From Stegostoma tigrinum (Eukaryota), in assembly GCF_030684315.1 (NCBI RefSeq), contig NC_081362.1, positions 67,566,897 through 67,630,896 of the forward strand: DNA of 64,000 bases. Direction: 5' to 3'. Position 1 is the first letter of the stretch, and the number at the start of each line of letters is the position of its first letter. Both the position numbers and the translations under genes were made by a program. Positions 51,144 to 64,000 of the stretch are shown here, in pieces. Under the pieces are notes generated by a model, which made no database searches, had not been told where the DNA came from, and was given only the letters and a program-made list of their open reading frames with translations.

Positions 51144-53556
51144 ATGATCTTGGCTTCATATCACGCTACACTTTATTTTCAATACTTTATACTTATCTCT
51201 CTGCCTCAGTTAATCGGATTATAGGTCATGGAGGTAAAAAGGAAAAGATGCAAATCAAACATGACCTCGTGCTACCCCCAAGTTTATGACAGGGAAAAAA
51301 CAATCATAATTTAAATTCACTACCCTTAGTCTTTGACAGAAGGTTAAAATAGAACAGGAATATAATTCTATGAAAGTTGACAGTGACTTTTGGAGCTTAA
51401 AAATGTATTAATAAAGATGCAAGTGTTTTCTATCAGTTATTTCACACTTCTGCAAAGGATGTGCTGAAGTGTTCTCAGACTGGAAACAATTAGAAATCAC
51501 TCAACTGATGAGAATGTGCCTTTTTACACCATCAGTTTCATTGTAAAAGTTCTTGAAAAGTCACATCTTAAAGTTCAAAAATAACAACTGAAAACATTAA
51601 GGCCCAAATAAATAATTTTATATTTATGGAATATCGATTTTTTTTTCTATGTTAAAAAAGTCCGCATATTTTTAAGCAGATTTTAGAAAACCATTTCTAG
51701 TACTTCCATTTTGATCTTAATCCCACCTGTACGCTTCAATCCTTATTCTACTATGTAATTTTACTTTTCAACCTGAAGATAATTTTATTGCTTCACTTTT
51801 AAATTTTTTTCCATTGAGGAGTATTACATTTACAATTTTGCACTTATCACAGATGGAAAGATGATAGAAAGTGTTGAATGATCAGAATGTTTGGAGGTGA
51901 GATTTGTGTTTCCTTAACCTGAGTGAGTTTCCAATTAAATAATTTAATCAGCAAGCCTTTTGTAAATTCTAAAACAAAAATTAATTATTACACTCACACT
52001 GGATTTTTAAAAGTCCCATCTCACTCACTTGTCTCATACATGCACAAAGATTCAATACGGGTGGAATAATATACCGCAATGGCTTATAAGTATCTCAGTC
52101 TTACACAGTTTCTTTGATAATGTTGATGTTTTAAAGTTGAAATGAAGGCCTGGTAAACTGAGGGATTCTCAGCGAGCCTTGAAAGTTTGGGCTGGGGATG
52201 GAGAATTCTTCTGTCTGTTAGGATCTTCCACTTTCAAGGAATTGGCGTTTTACAACCTGGTTATTTGGATGGCTTGCAGATAGTGTGATGTCTTTCTAGA
52301 AAACCCACCATTTGCAAAATTGTTTGTTGCTGATTTAAAAGCTGAAGACAAAATGGTCTCCCCTAAATATAAACTTCACAAGTTCAAAGGCTTCTTTCTA
52401 AACAAAAGAGAGTATGTATATTGATTTCAATCATGTGTTATTACTTAATATAGTGAGATTAATCCTGGTTAATTTGGATAGGGACACCCATCTCATGTTT
52501 GTGCTGATCCGCACAGGGGATTGGTGTTAAATCACACAAAGGGTTTCCTGGCTTTTCATATGACCCTCTTCCCCCCTCCCCAATCCAACAACACTTTTTT
52601 TCATTCAAAACAGGATTAGCTCCAAATTCAATTTACCACTTATGTGCTGAAACTACAAAGAGACTACAGAGTCGTGGGACGAGAATTCCAAAAGTTAGAG
52701 ATTTGGCAATTGAAGGCATTCATCATTGATGGTGAAGCAAATATAACTGAAAACACACAGGGGGCATGTTGTGCAGTTGGAGGTGATTAACTGGATAGTG
52801 CCATGGAGGAATTTGGAATTTGAAAACATAAGTGAGAGTTTCCAAATCATGATTTGGTTTATCAGGAACCAATGCAGATGAGCAAACACAAGTATAAGAG
52901 GGAAATGGTATTTGCTAGAAGATAGGACCACGGTGTGGAGAACAGAATGTGGGAAACTACAGCAGGACTGTGCTGGAACAGCTGAATCCAGAGTTAATAA
53001 AGGTGTGTGAGGGTTTCAGCAGGAGGTGAAGTTAAATGATGACAAGGAGGTGGAAATTGGATGAGCTGGGTGATGGTGCAAATAAGATTGAGAATTCATC
53101 TTGGATTAAATGATACCAAAGTTGCAAAGAGATTGACTTAATCTCAGGCTGTTGCCTGGAAGAGGAATGGAAGTGATAGCTAAGGAACTGAGCTTGGGAT
53201 TGGGTCAAAATTCCTGATAATTATTTTCTATTTATTGAAGACTGGATGCTGGATAACTGGTCTGATAATTTTGCAACAGTGGAGAGTTGAGATGTTCTCA
53301 CAAGGGAAAGCTGGTTATCGTCAGCACACATGTAAAAGTAGTGTCATTAGATAACGTCACCCAAGAGGCAACAATGAAATGAAAAATAGTAGGGGAAAGG
53401 GGGCAAATCGTTCGATGATTCATAAAATAATGGTGCAGGAGCAGGAAGAGAAGCTATTGCATTGGTTAAGCCACTTTTACATACACTGTTTTCAATTCTG
53501 ATCTCCCAGACATGGGAAAGACGTTGTTAATCTTGAAACAGTACAGAAAAGATTTA

Positions 53557-53684
53557 GAACATAGAACATAGAACATTACAGCACAGTACAGGCTCTTCGG
53601 CCCTCGATGTTGTGCCGACCTGTCATACCGATCTCAAGCCCATCTAACCTACACTATTCCATGTACGTCCATATGCTTATCCAC
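53557..53684 (-). mobile_element. Young CR1 (HER1-like) 3' tip inserted in an older CR1 fragment (about 53470-53735)
   Basis: (agaacat)n tail; reverse complement of 7879-8000 with 2 mismatches. The host reads agaaaagattta...caaggatgttgcc across the insertion. Confidence 0.9.
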
Positions 53685-54243
53685 AAGGATGTTGCCAGGG
53701 TTAGAGGGTTTGAACTATAACAAGAGGCTGAATAATCCCTACCTTCCATGCTTGGCACAATCTTTCTTAAAACTGGTGGAATCAGCTCTGGTAGTGAAGG
53801 CAACTGTAATTAAGACACCCTACGAGTTGCACGTGGGAATGGCAGCCACTGATTACCTAGCCAGTGCGACTCCCAGTTGGAGGTGGGGCAAACATATTTG
53901 GGTGGATAGCTGGTTTGTGATGCAGAGTGATGTCAACAGCATGAACTCAGTTCCCACATTAGTTGAGGTTACAATGAATGACTCTTTCTCAACCTCCTCT
54001 CTTGCGTGAGACATGGTGATCCTCAAGTTAAACCATCAGCAGTCATGTCTCTCTAATGAGAACATAGTCCTATGGGCTGGTGACAACGTGACAATATTTT
54101 ACTCCCAGTCATGGACAGATTGGTGGAGAACTTAACAGACAGGAGCTTAGTACCAGCTTGCTCAAGCAAGATGGAGGGCAGGAAAAAAATTTAAATGGTA
54201 AAATTCTCTTTTCAAAACATCCAAATACATCAAATAAGAAAGG

Positions 54244-54318
54244 TGCTGCTTGGCCTGCTGTGTTCATCCAGCCCCACACTTTGTTGATTCTCCAGCATCT
54301 GCAGTTCCCATGATCTCT
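54244..54318 (+). mobile_element. Penelope family A 3' tip
   Basis: tgctgcttggcctgctgtgttcatccagc...gattctccagcatctgcagttccc matches the family A terminus. Confidence 0.8.
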
Positions 54319-54996
54319 GATCACTAAGAGTCTCTACATCAGGCACAATTTGTGATTACAGTACAAGATGCATTCAAAACTGTGCTGGCTTCACAAAGTG
54401 AAACTTTTTGCTCTAGATTTCAGACAAACTTAATTGCATTACACCCAATCGAAAAACTGCCATGATCCAATGCAACTGAGCAGTGTTTTTTCAAACAGTA
54501 TTATAATGGCTGTGATGCACTTTACGTTATCTGGTAGTCATGAAAAGCATGATATAAATACAAGTCTCACTCTTTTTTGAAGAAAGGTTTGCTGTTGTAT
54601 ATAGGAACTGCTACAAAGGTCTGCCAAAAGGTGCAAGAAGTGGAAATTTGGCATAGTGATTAATTTGATCTCAGTTTTCTAAGGAGGGCTAGTTCCCAAT
54701 GCTACTCTTGTTAAACAGATACAAAAGTTTGTAGAAATTCGATGTGCCAAATACACCTTACATTTGATATTACTTGGAGAACTTGAGTGTTGAAGGGCTG
54801 TAGGAAAAATAATTATTTCAAGTATGTGAATATATCTAGGCCATTTTCTTCAAGACTGGATATTGAAAGATCACTGTGGGCACTGAAGTATTTTTTTAAA
54901 ATAGACTTCTCAGAAATGACATGCTAGGTATTAACTGCTTGCCTTGCTATGGACTCTTCTGGGGCATTTCTTTAACAGGGACTGTCTTGGGAAAGG

Positions 54997-55211
54997 GGCA
55001 ACAAAGTGTGGAGCTGGATGAACACAGCAGGCCAAGCAGCATCTTAGGAGCACAAAAGCTGATGTTTCGGACCTAGACCCTTTTTTCTGATGAAGGGTCT
55101 AGGCCCGAAACGTCAGCTTTGTGCTCCTAAGATGCTGCTTGGCCTGCTGTGTTCATCCAGCTCCACACTTTGTTAAATAGGATTCTGCAACATCTGCAGT
55201 TCCCATTATCT
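54997..55211 (+). mobile_element. Penelope-derived fold-back mini-insertion (family A) with an intact hammerhead core
   Basis: Arms 55000-55082 and 55093-55174, a 37-nt tail, and a 15-bp TSD ctgtcttgggaaagg (54982-54996, 55212-55226). CTGATGA-AGGGTCTAGGCCC-GAAACGTC lies at 55087-55114. Confidence 0.92.
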
Positions 55212-55653
55212 CTGTCTTGGGAAAGGTTTTTGTTTTATCTGATTCATGTGGAGGTTAAGCCAAGTTGGAGGAAAGCTGGCTAAGAAGCTGCCCAATTGAT
55301 CCTTTCCATTTCTGAAAAGAATAGCCTCCACATCTGAAATCTATTTGTTCATTTGAAAGACTGATTCAAAGAACATCTCATGATTGTATTTCCTGAGCTA
55401 TATCTGCAAGGCTTCAGAGACAATCATACATCTTTGGTGACGACCATACATGCCATAGCATCAAAGCAACAGACTCCAGAACATCCAATGCTTTATTTTT
55501 TGCATTCAAAAGTAAACTATTGGCCAAAGTGTGGCTGCCAATCTCTGCAGAGGAAAATCTGTTTTTATTTTTCTCTTCCTGAACAATCGGTGTGTTTGAG
55601 GATTGTAAGAGCAATAAGCATTTGCACTTCTATAGTGGGGGTAAAATTGTATC

Positions 55654-55760
55654 AGAGATAATAGGAACTGCAGATGCTGGAGAATCCGAGATAACAAAGT
55701 GTAGAGCTGGATGAACACAGCAGGCCAAGCAGCATCTTAGCAGCATCACTTTGTTATCTC
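55654..55760 (-). mobile_element. Penelope family A 3' tip with collapsed inversion
   Basis: The tail and arm are in reverse orientation, followed by cactttgttatctc, the inverted copy of gagataacaaagtg. Confidence 0.8.
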
Positions 55761-58700
55761 TGAACTTCTATAGTATTGACTGTGTAGGTTAACTAAATAG
55801 TCACTCTTTCTTGAATAATTTTTATTTTGTTAATAAATCAAGAATGGGCTTATTAAGAAACCTTGTTTGTATCGAGAGCACTTATTATTTAAAATCTGAC
55901 ACAAAAACATATTTAATTGGTCTCCATGGTAATGGAAAAACTATTTTCATTTTACATCGCAGCCTGTGAAGTAGTGGGAGAAAAGCAACAGCATACTGTT
56001 CCAAAATTACATGTGGGTTATCACACCTGGATATAATTTTCTCTTGAAGTGTCTTGATCTTTTATACTAGCTTGGCAAATTTTGGACAAATTGAACATAG
56101 TGGAAAATTCAAGCTCTGGACTTTATAGCTCATTGACTGGGCTTAGCAAAGGTTTAATTGCAAATAGTGCTATGTAAGGGAGATGAATGAACCCTAATGT
56201 TTTGGAAATAAAAAGTTAGATTTTGTGATAGGTCTAACATTGAGGCTATCAGAGTGAAATTAAATAGTGCGTTCCACTGTTCAAATATGCTCAAGAAGTA
56301 CAGCAATCAGGAAGCTGCTGTGGGATTTTCCATGATTTCTGTATATTTTACAGTGAATGAAATATTCCAATTTATACTTCCTGTCTTGGATTCTATGTGT
56401 CTCAGTGAGGATTGTTTAATCTGTATGGTTGAAGAGAGACTTAATTGCAAAACTGCTATGGCAGCCATAAGCACAATACCAGCCATTGTCAACAGTGAAA
56501 TCCTCGCCATTTTTTGCACAAAGTGGAGACAAAGGGGTTGCGAAGGGAACATGTGATGAATCAGAATTTGTAGAAATTAAAAGCATCTATACTCTTTAAT
56601 AATGATAAAGAAGGGGTGTGAAAGAAGGGATTATTTCGGAAGGGAAAACATGTACCTCCCGGTTAGTAACATGGTCAGGTTATGTTGCTTTAGACAGTAA
56701 CATAACCTGTCGACATATGAAGGGCTACTTTAAGGGACAGTGGACTATCAGTTCCCATGAATATATATGCCAGTAACAGTAAGTTCTCCTTTAGGAGAAG
56801 AGTAGGGAAAAATAATAGGCTTGAGAACTAAAACTGCACCCATATCAATCATCTTCTGTGTAATTAATATCTTTAATGCATTAGCTTCTTTGCAGTCTTA
56901 GTCCAATAGGTAAAAAAAATTTAATCTTTAATTTGGATACAATATGCTTCCAGAGATTTAGTCATTTAAAAGACAACGTTAATTACTGCTGCATAATTTA
57001 CATATTAAGAATTATTTCATGAAGTCTTGATCAAGAAGAAAAATATTTCAATAAATACTTCTACAAAGCCAGAAAGTATAAACACATTCACCTGAAAATG
57101 CAGTGCTAATTAACTTAACGTATAACAGATACTTGGGAACAGAGATAATTGAGGAACACTGAAACTATCAACTCTTCATTTTTCATATAATCGAGCTACA
57201 ACAACCAAATAAAAGAGAGAGAGAAGAATGTGCAATCTCCTAAAGTCAACACTGTCAAGTCGTTAAAAATTACAAAACATACTTGAGTGACTCATCCTCA
57301 AACTAAAATCATAATCTGGGGCTAAAGCTTTGCGGCATCCACTCCCAATACTTTTGACTACCAATGGTGGAGCCCGCACATAATCAATTGATCAGTTGAG
57401 TCAATCAACTAAAAATTAGGATGGCAGAGGTCTCAGCTGTGCCCAGTTTTACTACTGCTAGAACAAAAAGGTATTGAAACGCACCTGCAAAGTAAGGTGT
57501 CCATCAACTCCATCTAATCTTGCTGGGTATGCATTTCAGAGTTGTTGAATCAAATGAAAATAGATCTTACTGATCAAACAAGTACCTCAAAGTAATAAAT
57601 TTTGTGGGGACTGGGGGGTTGGGGGAGCAGCAAGTGCCAGAGAAGTTGGCAGCTCTAATGAATCACATCACTTGGGGGCAGTAGCTGCTGTTGGTAAATA
57701 ACAATAAGGCCGGCTATTGTTGCTGCATTTAGGCCACAGGTCAGTGATGCTGGGGTAGTTCGCAGGAAGGCACCTTCAGTAGCAAAGGCTCGGGGATGGT
57801 CCTTAGTGGATCATGCCTCTTATTAATCAGGGACCCCTTGATCTTCAATTTAGTGTCTTTCAATGAAGATCCTACCCAAGATAATTAACCACTTCAGGAC
57901 TTCAACTGGAAGAATGTCAATCCATAGTCCTTAAACCCTGAATCAGAAGCAAGATCCACCCATCAAGTACTCACCAGATTGAATGCCCATACTTTCACTA
58001 AACCAATGACAAGGCAGGGTATTAAATTCCACCCAGAGTTTCCTCAACATCTGGACTTGCAAAATCATAAAAACTCTATTATGTTTTTGCACAAGATAAA
58101 AACATGTTGCCCACTGCAGATGTCTCAAATTGCGTTCATGACTTGATCACTAACTGGAGATTTATGACAGTGAGCAAGGTGGTCATATTTTAAAAAGACT
58201 GAAGTGGATTTTTAGAATTGATTATTGCCCTAGAACGTGCGGTATTTGTTTCATTCATGTCACCAGGTGATGTACTATTTAACCTTTGAGGAATGTCGAC
58301 AAACATGTCATACAGATCCTGTTGTTCGAACGGTAGTCACAGAGAAATCAGCGGCTACAATAGTACTGTTCTCCGAGCTGAAAAACAAATCTGAAATCTT
58401 CAAAGCCATGGGATCCTGTATGTTTCTACATGTTTCTGGATAAAACCATAATGACCATCAGTTACTGATGTTTTATTAATCCAAAGATATTGGTGTGGCA
58501 CCTCTTGGCAATAGTTAAAGGCATACGACTAGACTACTGACTGCACAATTGTTCTTTGTAAATCACAGGAATATTTTAAAGTTATTTCAGCCATTTTCAA
58601 CTGAAACATCATTTTTTTTTCTGTGCTATTGCCCAATTGATTGTATTAGATCATGCAAACGTGTACAATATTTCAGAACAGCACACTCGTAACTAAATTA

Positions 58701-59719
58701 CTCAGTCTTCAAAATGTTTGCTCTAATCTTATCTGCATTGCATTGAAGCAGACAGCAAAATAGCTTTACAGCAATTGCTCATTTACCACTGTCCCATTTT
58801 ACATTGCTTGGATTCGTGGCAGTTCTTTAATGAACCTGTAATCTTGATTAGCATTGTGGAATTTAGTAGTAAATTCTCTTCAGTGACCTGACATGGGACA
58901 GAGACCTAAGTGGTGCAATTGTGGAAGCGCCTCTACGGGTCGCTAAACACCAACCCTCCGAATTGTAGCCTCTTACCACTCATTCTTTCACTTCTTGCAG
59001 TATTGGTACATTCCACTCATTGCTTCCCAATTCTGAACCCTCACTGTGAGCTGGACTCTGGATAGGTGTAGCAAGATGCAGCAGCAAGAAAGTCAATGCT
59101 GTTCCTATCTCTTGTCACTCATCTGTGCAGCCTTTGCTTTTACTACAGGTCCAAGAGAGTGAAGAGTTGGAGTCAGATTCAGAAAATAGAATGCCTAGCA
59201 AGATCAAGGATCAACGATAGGATGGATTACGGAACAGGAGAGGCCTCGGATCAGAGGATCAACAGCAATCAGGATGAACAGGAAACAAATGTGAGATGAG
59301 GAGCAGTTTGCGAAGTAAGACTGGCAGCAAGCAGGAGGAGCCAAGTAGCAAGTTACCATATTGCATTCACCAATATAGAAATTTAGCAACGTGAAGCATA
59401 GGGTATAGTCCTTTAGACGTTACTTTCTGATGAAGAAGCCCTACAGAATCTAACTGTAGCTTTTTCATTGTGAAGTACAATGACAACTTTAAGTGAAAAC
59501 TTACCGGCAAATTTATGTACTACACCGCTGCAAAAATTATTTCAGTCATACCTCATCTTACACATATCATCTTACTGTATAACTCACTTTACAATATTAA
59601 ATGAATTAGTTGGATTATGAGACTGAATTAAGCAACATGATGTGATTTGTTATTCAATTGCACTGTAGCACCTGTACCACCGATTGGAGGCACTCCACTG
59701 TAGAATTCAATTTTGATGA

Positions 59720-62700
59720 TAAAGTAACTCCATCCGTCACAGAGTAACATTTTATTTAGTCATGAACAATCCTTGGCTTTAGTACTACCTCATTCAGAGT
59801 CAGATATCACAGTGTCAGTATCTCTGACACTCCCCATTTTATGTCTGCCAGAGCTCCCTAATTGGACCAGATTAACAGACACAATCAGGGAACTTATTTT
59901 ATGACATCCAGCTGGCTGATCATGTTACAATTTGCTTCCCTTCGGAGTGTGAGGACATAGGCCGACCCTTTTTTTTAAATCAGAGAGCCTCCTGGCACAT
60001 TTTATTGCTGGGTCAGGTTCCTCCACCTCGGCATCCGATAAGAGCAGCGTGTAACACACTTTGCTTGCCTCTTGCACCAGGAACACCTCAGTAGAATTTC
60101 ACTCTCCATCCAGCAGCGAAAGGGTACATTGGTCATGTCCATCTCTGATTCCGAGGGCTTGTCAACACTCAATGGAGAGGGTGGACACACAATGGGTTCC
60201 AGCAGCCTTTCAAAGTGTTTCGAGTGGTCGGGCAAGTTTTGTTCCTCCACCATTTATGAATTCATAGCTTTCATATGGCGCATCGTGTTAATTCAGGACT
60301 GTGACACCTATCCAAACATCATACATCATTGGTCCTGATCTTGTGAAGACAAGGCCTCTTACCCAAATAGGGCTATTTCCATGATTCTTACAGACAACTT
60401 CGTTTGAAGCCATATTTTGTCTTTGTTGGCACTGTGGGCACTGATCCACCAGACGTAACTTCTCACCAACATCTTCCTTTTGGAGACCTGTGGATGGTTC
60501 TGGTGGAATTCACACAGTATTCGGCAGCGACTTTTGCCCAGGACAATTAATCTTACTCCCAGTAACAAAATAAAATTCTCTAATGAGCTGGTCTCTTCAG
60601 TTCCAAAAAGATTTCGATTGTAGTTGTGATGTCCCTTATGTTTCTCCCATCACCACCAATTTCTTCAGTTTTGAAAGTACTGGATCCTTCTGTATCCAAA
60701 GCCTGATATTGTCTGCTGTGATTGGACGCATGTCCAGAAAATTCAATATCATTACCAACTCTTCTATTGAGGGTACCACTAATAGTGTATCTGCTAATGG
60801 GAGGGGTCTCAATGTATCGGCGTTCATTACTCGGCCACCCGGACGGTGTTATAACGTGTAATTATAAATACTTGGTATTATAGCCCACCACAAAATGTGG
60901 CCCAACGCTACAGGCTGCCTTATCCTCTTTAAGCAGACTAAGAAGGGGTTTGTGGTCTCTGATTATCACAAATTTTTGACAATCAAGATATCGATGGAAC
61001 TTCCTGACTCCAAATATGATTGTCAATCCTTCTTTCTCCATCTGCATGTATTTACGCTCTGCATTAGACAAAGTACTGGATGCATCCACTACCGGACATT
61101 CTTCTCCACGGGGCCACCTATGAGTTAACACCACCTCGATGCTATATGGGGATGTACCACATGTCAATACTAGATCATTCTTGGGATGATAGTTTGCCAA
61201 CATCTTACAGGATGATCGCTGTTTCTTTACATCACTGAAAGCTAGAGCATATGCATATGACCATTTCCAAGGCTGACTCTTTTTTAAAGAACTGATGCAA
61301 AGGTGTCAGGATGGAGGTCAGGATATGTATGAACTCTCCATAATAATTTACCAAAACAAGAAATGACTTTAGCTCCTTGACAGACGAGGGAGCCGTGGCG
61401 CCATTAATCATCTTTACTTTATCTTCCAACAGATGTAACCGGGTTTTGTCAACTCTGTATCCCAAGTCATTCACTTGGGGAGCCTGGAACACACATTTTT
61501 CCCTTCTTAGGCATACGCCCACCTTGGAAGAATGCCTTAGGACTATATCCCAGTTCTTAGTGCTCCTTATCAGTTTTTCCTGCTTTTCGAATGTCATCTA
61601 GATAAATAGCGACTTGAGGTAATCTTGTAAAATGCTTTCCAACACCCACTGAAAAATTGCACAGGCTGATGATATCCCAAATGGCAGTCTTGTATATTGG
61701 TAAAACCCTTATGGGTATGAATTGTGGCATACTTCTGGGAATCCTCATCTAACTGTAACTGCAAATACACATGGCTCATGCCCAGCTTCATGAAGGTCAA
61801 CCCACCTGCTAGCTTTGCATACAAATCCTCAATGCAAGGGACTGTGCATTTATCCAACTGCGAAAAGCAGTTTATCGTTTGTTTAAAATTCCCACAAAGG
61901 CAAACTGACGTGCTGGGCTTGAAAAATTGATATGGCTGGTGTTGCCCATTGTACTGGTTTGATTGTTCCTTCGTTTTCTAGTCATGGTTTCTGCCTCTAC
62001 TTTTTCCCGTAAGGTACTGGATGGGCCTTGCAAAATCGTGAAACTGCTCTCTGGTCAACATGCAAAGTGGCCTTGGGTCCTCTGATAGTCCCTAGACCTT
62101 CCTGGAAGATGTCTAGGTATTTAATTAGGACTTCAATCAGGTAACCATTTTCTAATTGAAAATTGTTGAGCAATAGGTGAATCACTCACAAACAACTTTG
62201 CTCTATAAAGCCTGGACCTGAGCCATTAACTACAATCACTGATATTTGAACCAGATGTTTCTCACAAAAGAACTAAAACCAAAGTTGTACTCCTAACCTG
62301 TAAAGATTTTCTAGTATAGGTTATCAGTCTAGCTGAGGTCAGACACAAACTTAAGATCTGGAGTCGAGAGTGAATTTTGTTAAAGACTGGTTCTGTGGTC
62401 TCTGATACAGCCATGCTAGTATTGACCTCAATTAGTGCTGGATGACCATTTAACCAGACGTTAGTTTTGATTGATTGTGATTTGGATGTTGCTAAGGAAT
62501 TTAACTGTTCAAAACCAGATACAGGTGGATTTTCCAGGGTATGAACTCTCCTGGATACAAGCCTTTGAGTTATTTTACTCAACTTAGGTCGAGCAGGACT
62601 CTTTAGCCAATTTGAGTTCACGTACCAGCAACAACAGCAATGGCTTACTGGCTAGGATACCAAAGAAAATTTTAACTGTTTGGCCAAGGATTGGCTTTGT

Positions 62701-63650
62701 TTTGGAGTTTTGCTGTGGGCCAGCCTGGACTCCCTCTGGTCAGGATATGTCCTGAGTGAGACTGTGCAATTGCCTGCACTCAAATGGTGCTCCCCAAGCG
62801 CAGGTGGACTGGCAAGGGTGTCGACTTTCGTCAAAATAGCCTGCAACTCTAATGCTCCACTTGCCGCATTTTCCAGTGATAAAGCCAGTTGTAGCACCGG
62901 TTAGAAGTCCAGTTGGGCTTCAGTTACTCGGTGTTTTTTGCATGGTTACATCATTAATCTCACACACTAAATGGTTTAAAGCATCTCATTAAGGGATGAA
63001 CCAAAGCGACAGGCTTTTACCAGTCATCCTAACCTAACAAAAAAAATCCCGAAATAGATTCCTCTAGTTCTCAAATTGCTGAGTGAAAATGGCAGTGCCT
63101 CAGAATTAGAGGAAACTTGGGGTCCTTAATATTCCTTAAATATGTCTGTCACTTCTTAAAAGACTTTGGTATCTGGTGCCTCAGGGATAGTTAGGCTGCT
63201 AACAACAGAAAAGGCTGTGGTTCCACAGGCTTTCAGGAGAATTACTCATTGCTGTTTGTCTGCCGTAAAGTTGTTTGCCAGGAAAACAATAACTCATCCC
63301 TTCCATGTACTAGGTCCTGTCCTAGACAGCAGGTTGAACAAGTCAAGCTTCTCAAACAAAGGCATGATATGAGAAATAATTACCTCAAAAGACTACTGTT
63401 GCAAGTGAGCTTCTTCAGGAATGTGCTTTACTCTTGTCACCACTGAAATAACTCCTCACCACCACGTCACCCTTTATTTGCACGTGAACAGTCCTTGACC
63501 TTTGTACTGCCTTTTCAGAGTGGCAGTATCTCTGACACTCATGTTTATATCTGTCAGCCAGAACTCCCTAATTGGGCCAGAATAACAGCCTCAATCTGGG
63601 AAATCATACTCTATGAGGTCCAACTGGCTGACCTCATTACAATCACTACA
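59720..63650 (-). mobile_element. Degenerate Ty3/Gypsy LTR retrotransposon with both LTRs
   Basis: LTRs at about 63444-63650 (TG...CA on the minus strand) and 59720-59935, PBS-like tggtgacaagag at 63431-63442. Internal domains: protease IEVNTSMAVS, RT IEDLYAKLAGG and YLDDI, RNase H EKEGLTIIFGVRKFHRYL..DHKPL, and integrase N-terminus H..HP.VSK.KML.RSYVWW, in Gypsy order. Confidence 0.93.
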
Positions 63651-64000
63651 AATGAGACCGCAATAATTTGTGCGAGTTGCAAGGAATGTTCTTAGTGTCA
63701 CAAAAACAAATATTGTCATTCACAGGCAAGAACTTGGATTTACTTACAATCATAGCACAGAAACACTGAATGGTGGCAGCACAGAAACAGACCATGAATC
63801 TATTAAGTGCACACCTGCTCTCTTCAAAAGTAATTCAACTAGTACCACTCCTCCTCCTTTACTCCTTAATGTTGCAAATGTTTTCTCTTCAGGAGTACTT
63901 AGTTAATTTTCTTCTGAAAGCCATGATGAAAGTTACTTCTGTCACCCTTTCAGGAGCAGCTATTCAGACTGTACTGTTTTGCTATTTAAAGGTTTCCTCA

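Noticed and set aside
54825-56025. Possible solo LTR (tgtga...tcaca); similar idea at about 2454-3074
   Set aside because: No target-site duplication and no second copy in the window, so it cannot be supported.
56254-56556. Overlapping ORFs, one with a signal-peptide-like hydrophobic stretch
   Set aside because: Short, with no recognisable domain or exon structure; compatible with chance.
24527-64000. Search for the preceding THADA exon
   Set aside because: No minus-strand segment encoding an HGTLLQ-like end before a GT donor was found by eye, so it probably lies beyond 64000.

Overview
AT-rich eukaryotic genomic DNA from a cartilaginous fish. The HE1/V-SINE, CR1 (HER1-like) and Penelope repeats point to a shark, probably a carpet shark (inference). 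The window is almost entirely intronic. It holds two consecutive minus-strand coding exons of THADA (24411-24526 and 9608-9693, GT-AG boundaries, phases compatible); the flanking exons were not found here. The rest is mostly decayed transposable elements: CR1, L2 and Rex1 LINEs, several SINE families, a degenerate Gypsy LTR element with both LTRs, a probable Harbinger relic, and at least three families of Penelope-like elements (PLEs). The most notable structure is a set of short PLE insertions built as long fold-back hairpins with a 35-38 nt unpaired tail, individual target-site duplications (TSDs) and minimal hammerhead-ribozyme motifs. PLE hammerheads and inverted pseudo-LTRs are already known, so any novelty lies in the details (breakpoints near the ribozyme, arm identity, effect on the host pre-mRNA). 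Family names come from motif recognition, not database searches, and boundaries of old repeats are approximate.
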